Shown piece by piece: positions 62,703-64,000 of a stretch of 64,000 nucleotides of DNA. The stretch is from an uncultured Alphaproteobacteria bacterium (lineage in GTDB: Bacteria; Pseudomonadota; Alphaproteobacteria; Bin95). The stretch covers positions 6,055-70,054 of the forward strand of contig CALAHN010000047.1 in assembly GCA_937891825.1 (NCBI GenBank), read 5' to 3'. Under the pieces are notes generated by a model. It ran no database searches and was not told the origin of the DNA. It was given only the letters and a program-made list of their open reading frames with translations. Position 1 is the stretch's first letter. The number at the start of each line of letters is the position of its first letter. The translations under genes were made by a program, and so were the position numbers.

Positions 62703-64000
62703 ACGCTCAGGCGAGGCCTCAGCAAGACCCTTCGGGCCAGGAGGTTCTCGCTGGCCTCGCTGAGCGCGTCACATTTCACAATGCCGAGAACGGCTTTTGC
62801 GTTCTTCGGATCAAGGCGCGCGGCCATCGTGATCTGGTGACGGTGATCGGCCATGCCGCCACAATCTCTGCCGGCGAGTGGATCACCGCTAGCGGCGAAT
62901 GGGTGAATGACCGTAACCATGGCCAGCAATTCAAGGCGCGCTTTATGCGCACCTCGGCGCCGACATCCGTTGACGGCATCGAGAAGTACCTTGGTTCCGG
63001 CATGATCCGTGGCATTGGTCCCGTCTATGCGAAAAAGATGGTGAAGGCTTTCGGGGAGAAGGTGTTCGACATCATCGAGGCGGAACCTGAGCGTCTGCGC
63101 GAAGTGACCGGTATTGGCCTCGTTCGCGCCAAGCGGATCACCGACGCCTGGGCGGAGCAGAAGATCGTGCGGGAGATCATGGTCTTTCTGCACAGCCACG
63201 GCGTCGGCACGGCGCGGGCGGTCAGGATCTTCAAGACCTACGGCGCCGACGCTGTGCAGGTCATGACCGAAAACCCCTATCGGTTAGCGCGTGACATTCG
63301 TGGCATTGGCTTCAAGACCGCCGACGCCATTGCGATGAAGCTCGGCATTGAAAAGACGGCGACGATCCGGGTTCGCGCCGGCATTTCCTATGCGTTGACC
63401 GAGGCGATGGACAATGGCCACTGCGGCTTGCCAACGGACGAGTTGGCGCCGCTCGCCGTTGAGCTGCTGGAGGTTCCTGAGGACCTGGTGCTGACGGCGC
63501 TCAAGCTTGAACTGGCCGAGGGCGCGGTCATCGCGGATACGGTCGGCGATAGGCCCTGCATCTTCCTCGGCGGTCTCTACCGGGCTGAACAGGTGATCGC
63601 CGAACGTCTACAGCGTCTGGCGAACGGAAAACTGCCCTGGCCATATATCGACCCTGAAAAGGCGTTGCCCTGGATCGAGCAGAAAACGGGCTTGTCGTTG
63701 GCGGAAAGTCAGATGGCCGCCATCCGGTTGGCGCTGATGTCGAAGGTTCTGGTGATCACCGGCGGTCCGGGCGTTGGGAAGACAACCATCGTCAATTCGA
63801 TCCTACGCGTTCTATTGGCGAAGGACGTGAACCTACTGCTTTGCGCGCCGACGGGCCGTGCCGCAAAGCGGATGACCGAGGCGACGGGATTCGAGGCCAG
63901 GACGATCCACCGGCTCCTCGAGACCGACCCCGCGAATGGGGGATTCAAACGCAACAGCGACAACACGCTCGACTGTGATCTGCTCGTCGTCGACGAGACC
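62699..64000 (+). CDS. RecD2-like SF1B DNA helicase (RecD/TraA family), N-terminal ~433 aa; continues off-window
   Basis: From GTG 62699 my own translation gives ...VTFHNAENGFCVLRIKARGHRDLVTVIGHA...IRGIGPVYAKKMV...VTGIGLVRAKRI... (HhH repeats), then Walker A ITGGPGVGKTT and Walker B LLVVDE. It is not in the ORF track because no stop falls within the window. Confidence 0.85.
   Translation, partial: MNAQARPQQDPSGQEVLAGLAERVTFHNAENGFCVLRIKARGHRDLVTVIGHAATISAGEWITASGEWVNDRNHGQQFKARFMRTSAPTSVDGIEKYLGSGMIRGIGPVYAKKMVKAFGEKVFDIIEAEPERLREVTGIGLVRAKRITDAWAEQKIVREIMVFLHSHGVGTARAVRIFKTYGADAVQVMTENPYRLARDIRGIGFKTADAIAMKLGIEKTATIRVRAGISYALTEAMDNGHCGLPTDELAPLAVELLEVPEDLVLTALKLELAEGAVIADTVGDRPCIFLGGLYRAEQVIAERLQRLANGKLPWPYIDPEKALPWIEQKTGLSLAESQMAAIRLALMSKVLVITGGPGVGKTTIVNSILRVLLAKDVNLLLCAPTGRAAKRMTEATGFEARTIHRLLETDPANGGFKRNSDNTLDCDLLVVDET

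Larger units (their letters stand above)
57944..64000. mobile_element. Integrated element (genomic island/ICE- or prophage-like), left end; continues beyond the window
   Basis: Starts at the tRNA remnant. GC drops to roughly 55-60% from hand counts of sample lines. Carries a tyrosine integrase, a topoisomerase III and a RecD2-like helicase. Confidence 0.7.

Overview
High-GC chromosomal segment (about 65-70% GC from hand counts of a few lines), gene content typical of a Rhizobiales-type alphaproteobacterium, ending in a lower-GC integrated element. Most long ORFs in the six-frame track are antisense shadows. I picked the coding strand from recognisable protein-family motifs, RBS/start context and stop-start overlaps (ATGA, GTGA, TGATG). 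The track also uses non-ATG starts, so several starts were re-set.

Layout:
- 1-5.2 kb: glnA (partial), glnB with a sigma-54 promoter, an aminotransferase, tRNA-His, a NUDIX hydrolase and nnr.
- 5-22 kb: assorted metabolism, including MaoC-CitE-cupin/rubredoxin, malonyl-CoA decarboxylase, Lrp with an AceE-like E1, J-domain-cobS-cobT, and a 2-hydroxyacid dehydrogenase with an HpcH aldolase.
- 22.1-22.4 kb: an orphan intrinsic terminator, possibly marking an sRNA.
- 22-33 kb: HyuA-like protein, TPR-sulfotransferase, a coupled RraA-YhhQ-FAD monooxygenase-DUF2783-glycosyltransferase string, an MFS transporter and dapB.
- 33-35.5 kb: a CXXCH-sensor adenylate cyclase, then an AT-rich islet with a strong promoter and a small membrane protein.
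- 35.6-49.3 kb: a mixed-orientation pyridine-ring (maleamate pathway) cluster. It contains NicX, NicF-like and NicD-like enzymes, a Rieske oxygenase, a 2OG oxygenase, DUF1028, DUF1116, MarR, a CoxLMS-type molybdenum hydroxylase with a CoxS-CoxG fusion, and a PRTase.
- 49.4-57.9 kb: a LIV-type ABC operon with two paralogous binding proteins, each behind a sigma-54 promoter, plus a PhyH dioxygenase and an amidohydrolase.
- 57.9-64 kb: a tRNA-Arg(UCU) 3' remnant (att) followed by the element, which carries a tyrosine integrase, a topoisomerase III and a RecD2-like helicase and is cut by the window edge.

I saw no CRISPR array, IS element or rRNA. The most promising non-standard items are the integrated element, the sigma-54-controlled transporter operon, the pyridine-catabolic mosaic and the orphan-terminator RNA candidate. 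None of them can be proven novel from sequence alone.
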